DNA of 64,000 nt, taken from contig JAFIEB010000143.1 of assembly GCA_020832735.1 (NCBI GenBank), positions 26,456 to 90,455 on the forward strand, in the 5' to 3' direction. Below the pieces are notes generated by a model. That model was not told the DNA's origin, ran no database searches, and was given only the letters and a program-made list of their open reading frames with translations. The translations under genes were made by a program, and so were the position numbers. Source of the DNA: Oceanicaulis sp. (GTDB taxonomy: Bacteria > Pseudomonadota > Alphaproteobacteria > Caulobacterales > Maricaulaceae). Of this stretch, positions 45,456 through 55,459 are shown one piece after another. Position 1 is the first letter of the stretch; each line of letters begins with the position of its first letter.

Positions 45456-45962
45456 ATGAGCGATGCGATACTGTCTCCGGCGCCGCGCGGGCGCCCTGCC
45501 GGCGGCGCGCTCGCCCGGGCGCTGCTCGCGCTGGGCGTAGCATTTTTTCCATTGGGCGTGACGCTGCCGGTCATGGAGACCACCCGGTTCTGGTTCTTCA
45601 AGGACAGCTATTCCCTCTTGGGCGCCGTGGCCAAGCTTCTGGAAGCCGGCGAGTGGCGCCTGGGCGCGATCATCGCCCTGTTCTCCATCGGGGCCCCGGT
45701 GGCGAAGATGGCGATGGTGGCGGCGCTGCACGCACGTCCTGCTGGCGGGCATGGCGGCTGGCTCGCCCGCTGGGTGGAGCGGCTCGGCAAATGGTCTCTC
45801 ACCGATGTTCTGGTGGTCGCCATGCTGATCGTGATCTGGTCTGGCGGCGGCATGGTCAGCGTGGTCAGCCAGCCGGGCCTGTGGTTCTTCGCCCTGAGCG
45901 CGGTGTGCCTGATGCTGGCCTCGGGCCTGACTGTAAGGGATCTGGCGCCGGCCCGCAGATAG
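45456..45962 (+). CDS. paraquat-inducible protein A (PqiA) family membrane protein, single-repeat
   Basis: LPVMETTRFWFFKDSYSLLGAVAKLLEAGEWRLGAIIALFSIGAPVAKMA...KWSLTDVLVVAMLIV is the PqiA repeat pattern. No pqiB-like gene follows. Confidence 0.7.
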   Translation: MSDAILSPAPRGRPAGGALARALLALGVAFFPLGVTLPVMETTRFWFFKDSYSLLGAVAKLLEAGEWRLGAIIALFSIGAPVAKMAMVAALHARPAGGHGGWLARWVERLGKWSLTDVLVVAMLIVIWSGGGMVSVVSQPGLWFFALSAVCLMLASGLTVRDLAPARR

Positions 45963-45980
45963 CTGATGCTTGTCAGGAAA

Positions 45981-46058
45981 TGGTCGGAGCGGCCGGATTC
46001 GAACCGGCGACCCCTGGTCCCCCAGACCAGTGCGCTAACCGGGCTGCGCCACGCTCCG
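45981..46058 (-). tRNA. tRNA-Pro (anticodon GGG)
   Basis: The reverse complement reads CGGAGCG-TG-GCGC-AGCCCGGTTA-GCGC-A-CTGGT-CTGGGGG-ACCAG-GGGTC-GCCGG-TTCGAAT-CCGGC-CGCTCCG-A-CCA. This is a full cloverleaf with anticodon GGG. Confidence 0.93.
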
Positions 46059-46168
46059 CCACGAATGTGCTGGCTTGAAGCCAGCGTCCGGCCCTCGGCG
46101 CCGGGAGCGGTCTTATAGGCGCGCCGGCGCGCCCCGGCAACCGGCTGCGGCGCCCGTTATGGCAGGGC

Positions 46169-46705
46169 TCAGCTTGAGCCGGACAACGCCTGGGACAGAC
46201 GCGCGCGCGCAGCGGTGACGCGCTCCAGCGCATGCTCCGCCTGAGACCTTTGCGGCCGGGACAAACCTGCCGGAACACCGGCAGGCGGCGTATTAGATTC
46301 ATCGCGCGCCCCCGGCACAGGCTGGGGCGCCTTGAACAAAAGGCCGGCCACTTCGTCATTCTGATCAGCCTGCGCAGGCGTGCCGGGGCGGTCAGCGGCC
46401 CGCGCCGGTTCAGGGGCAACATGCGCAGGCGCGCCGTCAGCAAGCGCGCTGACAGCCGCGACCCCATGTTCGCGCAGATATTTCTGCGCGCCCTTTATCG
46501 TATAACCCTCTTCATAAAGAAGATGCTTCAGGCCCTTGATAAGGCTGATGTCCTGGGGGCGATAGGATCGCCTTCCCCCGGCTCTTTTCACGGGGCGCAG
46601 CTGAGAGAACTTGCTCTCCCAGAACCGCAGCACATGGCTGGGCAGCCCGGCTTCCTCGCCAGCTTCGGAGATCGTGCGGTAGGCGTCTGGCGACTTCCCG
46701 CTCAT
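46169..46705 (-). CDS. MerR family transcriptional regulator (conserved partner of ihfA)
   Basis: [69 protein letters not shown] is the MerR HTH. It lies directly downstream of ihfA. Confidence 0.88.
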   Translation of the reverse strand: MSGKSPDAYRTISEAGEEAGLPSHVLRFWESKFSQLRPVKRAGGRRSYRPQDISLIKGLKHLLYEEGYTIKGAQKYLREHGVAAVSALADGAPAHVAPEPARAADRPGTPAQADQNDEVAGLLFKAPQPVPGARDESNTPPAGVPAGLSRPQRSQAEHALERVTAARARLSQALSGSS

Positions 46706-46714
46706 GCGTGCTTC

Positions 46715-47017
46715 CTAACGCGACAGGGCTGTGTCGACCCGGTCCTTGAGCACCTGCGAGGGTTTGAACACCAGCACGCGCCTCGGATCGATGGGCACTT
46801 CCTCGCCGGTTTTCGGATTGCGCCCCACCCGGCCGTTCTTGTCGCGCAAGACGAAAGACCCGAATGATGACAGCTTGACCGACTCGCCCGCCACCAGCGT
46901 GTCGCTGATAAGGTCCAGCACGGCCTCGACCAGTTGTGCGCTTTCCTGGCGGGAGAGGCCCACCTCGCGATGGACGGCGTCAGCCAGATCAGCGCGCGTC
47001 AATGTTTTTGACCCCAT
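46715..47017 (-). CDS. ihfA: integration host factor subunit alpha
   Basis: [83 protein letters not shown]. Confidence 0.95.
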   Translation of the reverse strand: MGSKTLTRADLADAVHREVGLSRQESAQLVEAVLDLISDTLVAGESVKLSSFGSFVLRDKNGRVGRNPKTGEEVPIDPRRVLVFKPSQVLKDRVDTALSR

Positions 47018-47098
47018 GTGTCACCCCAAACCTGTCCTGTGATGCAAGAGGTTACGGCCAGTCACGCGGCAAGGTCAATGTTAACCATATCCTCGCCC

Positions 47099-48073
47099 TT
47101 AATATCTCGCTAATGCCGCGCCCCAGGTGAAGCCCCCGCCCAGCGCTTCCATCAGGATCAGATCACCGCGCTTGATGCGCCCGTCCCGCACAGCCTGGTC
47201 GAACGCCAGCGGTATCGAGGCTGCCGAGGTATTGCCGTGCATGGCCACGGTGGAGATGACCCGCTCCTCGGGAATGCCCAGACGGTTGGACACCCCCAGG
47301 AGAATGCGCTGATTGGCCTGATGCGGCACGAACCAGTCGATATCGGCGATCGCCACGCCGGCCATATCGGCCAGCTCAGTCATGGAGCCGGCGATCTTGG
47401 TGACGGCGTGGCGGAAGACCTGATTGCCCTGCATGCGCAAGTGACCCACGGTCTTGGTGCGCGACGGGCCGCCATCGACATAGAGCAGGTCGCAGAAACC
47501 GCCATCCGAGCGAAGATGGGTCTTGATCAAACCCTTGCCGTCTTCCGGCGCGCCGGTTTCGGCCGTCATCACCACCGCGCCGGCGCCGTCGCCCAAGAGG
47601 ACGCAGGTGGTGCGGTCGGTCCAGTCGAGAATGCGCGAGAACGTCTCCGCGCCGATCACCAGGGCCGTGCGGGCCTGGCCGCAGCGGATGAAATTGTCAG
47701 CGACAGCCATGGCGTACAAAAAGCCGGAGCACACGGCATGAACATCGAAGGCGCAGCCCCCGGTGATGCCCAGCTTGTGCTGAATAATGGTCGCCGTGGC
47801 CGGGAAAGTCAGATCGGGTGTCGCGGTCGCCACGATGATCAGATCGACCTCGGAGGCGTTCAATCCGGCATGATCTAGAGCGCGGCGCGACGCCTCCACC
47901 CCGAGATCGGAGGTATACTGGCCTTCCGCCGCGATGTGGCGCTGGGCGATGCCGGTGCGCTCGCGGATCCAGGCGTCGGATGTCTCCACGATGGCTTCCA
48001 TCCCGGCATTGGTCAGCACCTTCTCAGGGAGATAGGCGCCGATGCCGGCGATGCGGCTGTAGCGATCCTTCAC
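47099..48073 (-). CDS. fabH: beta-ketoacyl-ACP synthase III
   Basis: The active-site region is CSGFLYAMAVA, with ...HQANQRI... and GNTSAASIPLAF. At 324 aa it is paired with plsX. Confidence 0.95.
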   Translation of the reverse strand: MKDRYSRIAGIGAYLPEKVLTNAGMEAIVETSDAWIRERTGIAQRHIAAEGQYTSDLGVEASRRALDHAGLNASEVDLIIVATATPDLTFPATATIIQHKLGITGGCAFDVHAVCSGFLYAMAVADNFIRCGQARTALVIGAETFSRILDWTDRTTCVLLGDGAGAVVMTAETGAPEDGKGLIKTHLRSDGGFCDLLYVDGGPSRTKTVGHLRMQGNQVFRHAVTKIAGSMTELADMAGVAIADIDWFVPHQANQRILLGVSNRLGIPEERVISTVAMHGNTSAASIPLAFDQAVRDGRIKRGDLILMEALGGGFTWGAALARY

Positions 48074-49143
48074 ACCGTTTCCCTTTGCGGTTCTCCGGCG
48101 TCCTCCGCCGGCGGCTCCTGAATAGCAGCCAGTCGCGAAAGATTGGTTTCAATCTCACTCAAGAAGGCGCTGTCGGCCATTTCAAGGGCGATTCTCAGGG
48201 ATGTGGCGAAGCCTTGCGCATCCGTTCCGCCGTGGCTTTTGACCACGACGCCGTTCAGTCCCAGAAACACGCCGCCATTGACGTTGCGCGGATCCATGCG
48301 CGCCCGCAAATTGTTAAGCGCCCCAAGCGACAACAGGATAGCGCCAGCCTTGGCCAGGAGGTTGCTGGTCATCGCCTCCTTCATCCAGCCACCCACGAGA
48401 CGCGCTGTGCCTTCAGCGGTTTTCAGCGCGACATTGCCGGTGAACCCGTCTGTAACCACCACATTGGTCGTGCCCGCCGAGATGTCATCGCCCTCGATGA
48501 AGCCGCGATAGTCCATATCCAGACCCGCCGCCCGCACCAGCGCGTCCGCATCGCGGATCACCTGGCTGCCCTTGAGCTCTTCCTGGCCGACATTGAGCAG
48601 GCCGACGGTCGGGCGCGCGACGCCCTGCACGGCGCGGTGGAAGGCCTCTCCCAGCACAGCGAACTCGACCAGCTGGGCCGGCGTGCAATCGACATTGGCG
48701 CCCACGTCAAGCACGGTGGAGAAGCCCTTGGGCGCAGGCCAGCTGGCGGCGATGGCCGGCCGGTGCACGCCCGGTTTCATGCGCAAGATCACCTTGGAGA
48801 TCGCCATCAGCGCGCCGGTATTGCCCGCCGACACCGCCACCTGGGCTTCGCCGTCCTTGATGGCGTGGACCGCGTTCCACATCGACGAGCCGCGCGACCG
48901 GCGCACGGCGTCCGACGGTTTGGCGGACATGTCGACCTGGCTGTCGGTATGGCGAATCTCGCTGACGTCACCGAGCCCGGCATGGCGCGCGATCAGCGGC
49001 GCCAGCTCGGATTCGTCGCCGTGGAACAGCAGGCGCACGCTGCGCCGCCGGCCTTTGAGAAACTGCGCCGCACCGTCCACCACGCTTTGCGGCGCATGAT
49101 CGCCCCCCATGGCGTCAAGCGAAAGAACCAGTCCTGTCGTCAT
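48070..49143 (-). CDS. plsX: phosphate acyltransferase PlsX
   Basis: An internal ATG (cat at 49141-49143) opens MTTGLVLSLDAMGGDHAP. Further motifs are ...GNTGALMA... and ...GLNGVVVKSHGG. Confidence 0.93.
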   Translation of the reverse strand: MTTGLVLSLDAMGGDHAPQSVVDGAAQFLKGRRRSVRLLFHGDESELAPLIARHAGLGDVSEIRHTDSQVDMSAKPSDAVRRSRGSSMWNAVHAIKDGEAQVAVSAGNTGALMAISKVILRMKPGVHRPAIAASWPAPKGFSTVLDVGANVDCTPAQLVEFAVLGEAFHRAVQGVARPTVGLLNVGQEELKGSQVIRDADALVRAAGLDMDYRGFIEGDDISAGTTNVVVTDGFTGNVALKTAEGTARLVGGWMKEAMTSNLLAKAGAILLSLGALNNLRARMDPRNVNGGVFLGLNGVVVKSHGGTDAQGFATSLRIALEMADSAFLSEIETNLSRLAAIQEPPAEDAGEPQRETV

Positions 49144-49235
49144 TTCAAATCCGGACAAAATGAACCCCTGCACGGGACGACCCGTGCGGCGCGCGCACCT
49201 TACCGTGTGACTTTCCGGATGGAAACCGCGCCCGC

Positions 49236-49784
49236 TCAGCCCTGCATCGAGGCGGCGAAACGGGGCGTCTCGCCGGTCATCAGCGCCTCAGGCGACTGGG
49301 CGGCGAGCAGGCGGGCCGACTCCAGTGCATATCCGGCCAGCGCCGCGGCCTGAGGGGCGCCATCGGGCTCTGCATCGAACATGTTGCGGGCGATGGCTGC
49401 GGCCATGGCGGCGGCGTCCGCGTCGGCCAGAGGCTTTTCGTAAGCGCTGGCGCGGCCATAGAAGGCCTCCCCCATCGCGCGGATGCGCTTGCCGACCGAG
49501 AGATCGCCCGTGCCCATCTCACGCAACGCGGCGCCCAGATCGTCAAACATGACATCGAAAACCAGCTGCGCAGCATGTTTGCCGGGCTCGCCGCCCTCGC
49601 GCAGGCGCCGGAACAGAAGAATGGCGTGCAGGACAATCAGGTCAAAACGCCCGTCCACCGTGTCAGGCGCGCCCTGCGGGCCATACAGGAAAGGCCGGCG
49701 CGCAGCCTCAAGAACATCGCGATGGAGGTCGCGGGCGCGCGTCTTGAGCGGGTCTTTTCGGAACAGGCGGGTGAACATGCGCAA
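49236..49784 (-). CDS. ubiquinol-cytochrome c chaperone (Cbp3-like) family protein
   Basis: PDTVDGRFDLIVLHAILLFRRL...VFDVMFDDLGAALREMGTGDLSVGKRIRAMGEAFYGR matches the Ubiq_cyt_C_chap pattern. Confidence 0.75.
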   Translation of the reverse strand: MRMFTRLFRKDPLKTRARDLHRDVLEAARRPFLYGPQGAPDTVDGRFDLIVLHAILLFRRLREGGEPGKHAAQLVFDVMFDDLGAALREMGTGDLSVGKRIRAMGEAFYGRASAYEKPLADADAAAMAAAIARNMFDAEPDGAPQAAALAGYALESARLLAAQSPEALMTGETPRFAASMQG

Positions 49785-49892
49785 CCATCTCCCAATCCGG
49801 ACGGCTTGAAGCTAAGCTCAAGGCCATGTAGGTCAACACATGCAAGCCGCCCTCAGGGTGCGGCCTTATGACAGCGCTCGCAGGAGAATTCC

Positions 49893-50387
49893 ATGGCCTT
49901 TCGCCGCGCCCTCATCGCCTCGGCCATTATCGTGGCCGCCGGCATTGTGTCGGCCTGCAACCCGACCCTGCGCAGCCACGGCTTCCGGTTTCCCGATGGC
50001 GAAGTGCCCGCCCTGAGCGTTGGCGAGGACACCCAGGCCAGCGTTCTGGCGACCCTGGGCAGCCCGTCCACGCGCGGCATGTTCGACGACAGCACCTGGT
50101 ACTACATCGCCGATACGCGCGAATATCTGGCCTATCTGCGCCCCGAGACCCGCGAGCGCCGCGTGATCGCCGTTCGCTTCAGCGAGGACGGGGTGGTCAC
50201 CGCAGTGGACGAGTACGGGCTGGAGGACGGACGGATCGTCGCCTTTGTCGGACGCGAGACCCCCACGCGCGGGCGCGAGCTGTCGGTGCTAGAGCAATTG
50301 CTGGGCAATGTGGGCCGCCCGTCCATCGACCAGTTTGACGGCCAGCAGAACCTGCCTGGCGGCGCAGGCGGTCCGCGCCGGCGCTAG
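49893..50387 (+). CDS. bamE: outer membrane protein assembly factor BamE (SmpA/OmlA) lipoprotein
   Basis: A lipobox IVSAC is followed by HGFRFPDGEVPALSVGEDTQASVLATLGSPS....DDSTWYYI. RBS AGGAG lies upstream. Confidence 0.85.
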   Translation: MAFRRALIASAIIVAAGIVSACNPTLRSHGFRFPDGEVPALSVGEDTQASVLATLGSPSTRGMFDDSTWYYIADTREYLAYLRPETRERRVIAVRFSEDGVVTAVDEYGLEDGRIVAFVGRETPTRGRELSVLEQLLGNVGRPSIDQFDGQQNLPGGAGGPRRR

Positions 50388-50397
50388 GACTTTCACG

Positions 50398-51084
50398 ATG
50401 ACCGGCGCTCTGGCGTTCGAGCCGCCTGCTCCCGTACTGGCGCCGGTTGATGACGGACGCGCCTTCCCGGTGCGCCGCATCTACTGCGTGGGACGCAATT
50501 ACGCGGATCATGCCCGCGAGATGGGCGCCGATCCGTCACGCGAAGCCCCGTTCTTCTTCTCCAAACCGCGCGACGCCCTCGTCACTGGCGAGACCGTGCC
50601 CTACCCCCCCGCCACACGCGATCTGCACCACGAAGTCGAGCTGGTGTTGGCGATCGGCCGGGGCGGAGCGCGCCTGACCGCTGAGCAGGCAGAAGCCTGC
50701 ATATGGGGCGCCGCCGTGGGCATAGATCTGACACGGCGCGATCTGCAGGCCGAATCCAAGAAGGCCGGCCGCCCCTGGGATACGGCCAAGGGCTTTGATG
50801 CGTCGGCGCCCATGGGCGCCATCCGGCCCGGACCGGCGCCGCAATCGGGCGCGATCACCCTCGCCGTCAACGGGCGGCAGCGTCAGAGCGGGGATCTGGC
50901 TGACATGATCTGGTCAGGCCCTGAAATCATCGCCCATCTGTCGCGCCTGTTCACCCTGGCGCCGGGCGATCTGGTGTTCACCGGCACCCCGGCAGGCGTG
51001 GCGGCGGTGTCGCCCGGCGATGTTCTGGAGGCCCGCGCCGCGGATCTGCCTGCGCTGCGCTGCGCCGTGACGCCCGCCGCCTGA
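50398..51084 (+). CDS. fumarylacetoacetate hydrolase family protein
   Basis: The in-frame ATG at 50398 leads into RRIYCVGRNYADHAREMG....PFFFSKP...HHEVELVLAIG...DLTRRDLQ...GRPWDTAKGFD. Confidence 0.88.
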   Translation: MTGALAFEPPAPVLAPVDDGRAFPVRRIYCVGRNYADHAREMGADPSREAPFFFSKPRDALVTGETVPYPPATRDLHHEVELVLAIGRGGARLTAEQAEACIWGAAVGIDLTRRDLQAESKKAGRPWDTAKGFDASAPMGAIRPGPAPQSGAITLAVNGRQRQSGDLADMIWSGPEIIAHLSRLFTLAPGDLVFTGTPAGVAAVSPGDVLEARAADLPALRCAVTPAA

Positions 51085-51134
51085 CGGCGCCGCACGGTTT
51101 TACATCATGTGCGCCGCCAGACGGCGCCGCACGG
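51083..51134 (+). repeat. 15-nt perfect direct repeat GACGGCGCCGCACGG x2 upstream of kynA
   Basis: The copies lie at 51083-51097 and 51120-51134, read directly from the sequence. The first copy overlaps the stop codon of the upstream gene. Confidence 0.8.
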
Positions 51135-51203
51135 GCGAAAGCGGTTCCCCCGCCGCCTCAAAACACGCTAGACCAGCGCCGCACCCCAAGGAATGAGGCC
51201 GCC

Positions 51204-52052
51204 ATGAGCGAGCGCTTTCGCACTTCCGTCGATCTTGAAGGCGAGGACATCCACTGGGATCCCCGCGACGGGCTGTCCTACGGCCGCTATCTGCAGATGG
51301 ATACGCTGCTGTCGGCCCAGACGCCCCTGACCGGCGAGCATGACGAGATGATGTTCATCATCATCCATCAGGCCAGCGAATTATGGATCAAGCTGTGCCT
51401 GCACGAGCTGGAGGGCGCCATCGCCCATGTGCGCCGGGACGAGGTGCGCCCGGCCCTGAAAATGCTCGCGCGCATCGCCCGCATCCAGGAGCAGCTGTCC
51501 CAGTCCTGGGCCGTGCTGGCGACCATGACGCCGTCTGACTATCTCAAATTCCGCGACCAGCTCGGTCATTCGTCCGGTTTTCAGAGCTGGCAGTACCGGT
51601 GCATGGAATACCGGCTGGGCAACAAGAACCCGGCCATGGCCCGGGTGTTCGCCCAGGAGCCCGAGGCGCTGGCGCGCGTGACAACCGCCCTGGAGGCGCC
51701 CAGCCTCTATGACGAGACCCTGCGCCTGGCGGCGCGTCAGGGGCTGCCAGTCCCGGCAAGCGTGCTGGAGCGGGACGTCTCCAAAGCCTATGAGCCCGGC
51801 CCGGAAGTCGAAGCGGTCTGGCGCACCGTCTATCTGGACACGCAGCGCTGGTGGGAGCTTTACGAGTTCGCCGAGAAGCTGGTGGATCTGGAACAGAAAT
51901 TCGCGCAATGGCGCTTCAATCACATGAAGACGGTGGAGCGCATCATCGGATTCCGCCGGGGCACCGGAGGCAGTTCAGGCGTATCCTATCTGGTCAAGGC
52001 GCTGGACTTGCGCCTGTTTCCCGAACTGTGGACCGTTCGCACCGCGCTGTGA
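51204..52052 (+). CDS. kynA: tryptophan 2,3-dioxygenase
   Basis: LSYGRYLQMDTLLSAQTPLTGEHDEMMFIIIHQASELWIKL...SGFQSWQYRCMEYRLG...H...TGGSSGVSYL is the bacterial TDO signature. Confidence 0.93.
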   Translation: MSERFRTSVDLEGEDIHWDPRDGLSYGRYLQMDTLLSAQTPLTGEHDEMMFIIIHQASELWIKLCLHELEGAIAHVRRDEVRPALKMLARIARIQEQLSQSWAVLATMTPSDYLKFRDQLGHSSGFQSWQYRCMEYRLGNKNPAMARVFAQEPEALARVTTALEAPSLYDETLRLAARQGLPVPASVLERDVSKAYEPGPEVEAVWRTVYLDTQRWWELYEFAEKLVDLEQKFAQWRFNHMKTVERIIGFRRGTGGSSGVSYLVKALDLRLFPELWTVRTAL

Positions 52053-52073
52053 CGGCCCGGCAAGGATATTGAG

Positions 52074-53456
52074 ATGCATTTTGGCGTTTTCGACCTGTTC
52101 AAGATCGGCGTGGGGCCATCCAGCTCCCATACGGTCGGCCCCATGAAAGCGGCGCGCGCCTTTCTTGAAAGGGTCGAGGCCGAGCATGGGCTGGACGCCG
52201 TGGCGCGCATCAGGGCGGAAGCCTATGGGTCGCTGGCCCTGACCGGCTCGGGGCATGCGACGGACAAGGCGATCCTGTGGGGGCTGGAGGGCATCCGCCC
52301 CGAAGAGGCCGACGCGGACGCCCTGCCCGGCGTGATCGCCCGCATCCATGAGGAGAAGCGGCTGAAATTGCTGGGCGCGCACGAGATCGGTTTCGATGTC
52401 CAGCGCGACCTGGCCCTGGACGGCGACACCCGGCTGCCCTTCCACTCAAACGCCATGAAATTCAAGGCAATGAATGGGGATGGCGATGTTCTGCGCGAAG
52501 AAATCTGGTACTCCATCGGCGGCGGTTTTGTCATCGACGAGGCCGAGGCCGGACGCAATTCGGCTGCCGAGGCCCATACCGGCGAGCCCTACCCGTTCGA
52601 TAACTGCGATGAGTTGCTGGCGATCTGTGACCGCGAGGGCCTGAGCATTCCTGATGTGATGATGGCCAATGAAACCGCCTTCCGGCCTGAGGCGGAGGTG
52701 CGCGATCATATCGCCTCCATCGCCCAGGCCATGGAGGCGTGTATCGAGCGCGGAACGCGCATTGACGGCGAATTGCCCGGCGGGCTGAAGGTCCAGCGCC
52801 GCGCGCCCGGCTTGCGGCGCAAGCTGATGGCCGCAGCGGCGCGCGCCGAGACCGATCCGCTGGCCTCCATGGAGTGGGTCAATCTGTGGGCCATGGCGGT
52901 CAATGAGGAGAATGCGGCCGGCGGCAAGGTGGTGACGGCGCCCACCAATGGCGCGGCCGGGATCATCCCGGCGGTGGCCCGCTATTATGACCGCCATCAC
53001 CGGCGCAGCGGCGATCAGGACGCCATGGTGCGCTTCTTCCTCACCGCCGCCGCCATCGGCGCTCTGTACAAGAAGAACGCCTCCATTTCCGGCGCGGAAG
53101 CGGGCTGTCAGGGCGAGGTGGGCGTGGCCTGCTCCATGGCGGCGGGCGCGCTGGCCGCGGCGCTGGGCGGCTCCAACCGCCAGATCGAGAACGCGGCGGA
53201 GATCGCGATGGAGCACAATCTGGGCCTGACCTGCGACCCGGTCGGCGGCCTCGTCCAGATCCCCTGCATCGAGCGCAACGCCATCGGCGCGATCAAGGCG
53301 ATCAACGCCGCGCGCCTGGCCCTGATGGGCGACGGCGCCTACAAGGTGAGCCTGGATCAGGTGATCGAAACCATGCGCCAGACCGCGCTCGACATGTCCG
53401 ACAAGTACAAGGAAACCTCCACCGGCGGCCTGGCGGTCAACGTGCCGGTGTGCTGA
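52074..53456 (+). CDS. sdaA: L-serine ammonia-lyase (iron-sulfur dependent)
   Basis: [27 protein letters not shown]...[14 protein letters not shown]...[17 protein letters not shown]; 460 aa. Confidence 0.95.
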   Translation: MHFGVFDLFKIGVGPSSSHTVGPMKAARAFLERVEAEHGLDAVARIRAEAYGSLALTGSGHATDKAILWGLEGIRPEEADADALPGVIARIHEEKRLKLLGAHEIGFDVQRDLALDGDTRLPFHSNAMKFKAMNGDGDVLREEIWYSIGGGFVIDEAEAGRNSAAEAHTGEPYPFDNCDELLAICDREGLSIPDVMMANETAFRPEAEVRDHIASIAQAMEACIERGTRIDGELPGGLKVQRRAPGLRRKLMAAAARAETDPLASMEWVNLWAMAVNEENAAGGKVVTAPTNGAAGIIPAVARYYDRHHRRSGDQDAMVRFFLTAAAIGALYKKNASISGAEAGCQGEVGVACSMAAGALAAALGGSNRQIENAAEIAMEHNLGLTCDPVGGLVQIPCIERNAIGAIKAINAARLALMGDGAYKVSLDQVIETMRQTALDMSDKYKETSTGGLAVNVPVC

Positions 53457-53459
53457 GGC

Positions 53460-54320
53460 TCACGCCTGCGCCGGAGCGGGCGCCGCCGGCTTGACGGCAG
53501 GGCCCAGGTGAAGCGTGACAAGGGCCGACTCCATGAACACGCCGCGGGTCACATGGTGGCTGATGGCTTGAAGCAGAAACCAGACAGCAGCGAGCGGCCA
53601 CGTATCAGGGAAACCAGGCCCCCTGTTGCCGCCCATGAAATCAATCGACACCTGCGCCCCGCGGGCTGCATCAAACGTCGCTGATATTGCAGTGACCAGA
53701 ACAAATAATAGCGTGATGGCGCCGGTGAATGACCAGAGATGACGCGCCACACCGGTAAACCCGTCAAACACCGACATGCTCCCGCGCGCCATGGTCAGGC
53801 TGACGCCGCAATATAAGCGATGAATGACCACGAACAGAACAAAGGCCAGGGGCAACACAAGTATCGCCATCCATATTGGGGACGCGCCGATAGCATGCTT
53901 CAGAACAAGATAAATCGGCATCGCAACGGCGCCGAACATGATCATGAGCACGAAGCTAATCAAGCAGACAAGCACCCAAGCGCCCAGTTGGCGCGCCTCA
54001 TCGTGACCCAGCCGCCAGGGTATGCCGGACGGCAGGGGCTTGCCGGCCAGAAATCTCTGCCACGCGGTGTCCCACGCCAGAATCGAGATCAGAAACCCGG
54101 CAAACGCCCCGGACAGCACCAGACCCTGCACCCAGGCTTCCGGCTCGCCGTCGAGAAAATACGGCCAGGCCCAGAACCCGGCGAGGAGCATGGCGGCGAT
54201 GAATACGCCATCCGTGGCGATCAGGCGCGCTGCGTCTGTTCGGCGGGCAGCTATCACCCGGAATGTCCGCGTCAGCCCGCCCGCAAGGGTGAAGCGCTCA
54301 ACCGTATTGATGTCCGGCAT
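53460..54320 (-). CDS. uncharacterised polytopic membrane protein, paralog family member A
   Basis: RBS GGGGAGGG precedes the ATG. About 6 TM segments. It shares the family motif W.RF....P.....PWRLGHDEARQLG with the ORFs at 55456, 56439 and 57500. Confidence 0.75.
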   Translation of the reverse strand: MPDINTVERFTLAGGLTRTFRVIAARRTDAARLIATDGVFIAAMLLAGFWAWPYFLDGEPEAWVQGLVLSGAFAGFLISILAWDTAWQRFLAGKPLPSGIPWRLGHDEARQLGAWVLVCLISFVLMIMFGAVAMPIYLVLKHAIGASPIWMAILVLPLAFVLFVVIHRLYCGVSLTMARGSMSVFDGFTGVARHLWSFTGAITLLFVLVTAISATFDAARGAQVSIDFMGGNRGPGFPDTWPLAAVWFLLQAISHHVTRGVFMESALVTLHLGPAVKPAAPAPAQA

Positions 54321-54490
54321 GAATCGCCCTCCCCTTTAGGGAAATATGCCGGGGCCGCGGTCATCGATCAAGCACCTGATTAGTTTATTCTTCCAACCAA
54401 GGTCGCACAGCTTCTGGCTGAGAGGTTGAATGCAACGGACTGTGCCGAAGCAGCCGCCGCCCGCAAGGATCGGATTGCATCCGCCCGGCG

Positions 54491-55459
54491 TCAGTCTGAC
54501 CCTGCCAGAGCCGACCGGGATCGCGCCCGCGCCGCAAAGACGAGCAAAATCAGCGCCGCGGCCGCCATCACAATCAACTGTGCGGCCATTTGGGGCGCGA
54601 TTCCGGACGCCTCGCCCGCCATGCCCGTCGCGGCGCTGAACACGCTCTCCAGCACCTCATCGCCTGATTGGTCAGGGCTCGCCGTATAGAGCGCCAGCGC
54701 TGGCGCGGTCACGGCGATGGCGTTGAAGACGCCATGGGCGCCCGCCGCCTCCAGGATGGAGCCGCGCGTCAGGCTGATGAGGGCGAACACCATCCCCATG
54801 GCCCCGATGGTCGCCAGCGCCATGGCGCCGAACACCAGCCCGGACACGAAGACGTGGGCGTGAAAGATCATGAATACGAGGCTGGAAACGAGCACCCCGG
54901 TGCTGACGCCCCAGCGGGCTGTGAGCGCGCTCATCAGCCAGCCGCGGAACACCCATTCCTCCACCGCGCCCTGGATCAGAAATACAAGGGCGACAAAGGC
55001 CAGCAGCAACACAAAGTCCGCCGGGATCGCGCGCATGTCCACGCTTTCACCCTCAGCGCCCGCCAGCCCGTCGCCTGGCGCGGCGCCTATGAAAGCGGTG
55101 ATCGCCAGCGCCGCCATGCCTGTCAGCACGATGAGCCCGGCGCCGATTCCGGCGCCGGTGAGCAGGCGCAAGGCTGCGCCCCTGCCCTGCACGCCCAGGC
55201 TGGGCAGGCCGCGGCGTTCGATCAGGCTGGTCCAAAGCGCCGTAAGCACGCCCCACAGGACGAACTGCGCCAGCAGCAGGGCGAACATCACCCGCGGCGG
55301 CAGGCCGGCCGATCCGCTCTGTATTGCGTACACGGCCGCCCCGATGATGACCGGCAGGCTGGACAGGGCGTAAAACCCGGCCGCCACGGCGATGGACGCG
55401 GCGCCGGGATAGCTGCGCGCGCGCTCCGGCCAGGGGGCGTAGAGCGCCGTGCGGATCAC
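54491..55459 (-). CDS. CPBP family intramembrane glutamic endopeptidase (Abi/CAAX protease-like)
   Basis: All three CPBP motifs are present: VEEWVFRGWL (EExxxR), FMIFHAH (FxxxH) and AHGVFNA (HxxxN). The GTG start overlaps the stop of the upstream paralog. Confidence 0.85.
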   Translation of the reverse strand: MIRTALYAPWPERARSYPGAASIAVAAGFYALSSLPVIIGAAVYAIQSGSAGLPPRVMFALLLAQFVLWGVLTALWTSLIERRGLPSLGVQGRGAALRLLTGAGIGAGLIVLTGMAALAITAFIGAAPGDGLAGAEGESVDMRAIPADFVLLLAFVALVFLIQGAVEEWVFRGWLMSALTARWGVSTGVLVSSLVFMIFHAHVFVSGLVFGAMALATIGAMGMVFALISLTRGSILEAAGAHGVFNAIAVTAPALALYTASPDQSGDEVLESVFSAATGMAGEASGIAPQMAAQLIVMAAAALILLVFAARARSRSALAGSD

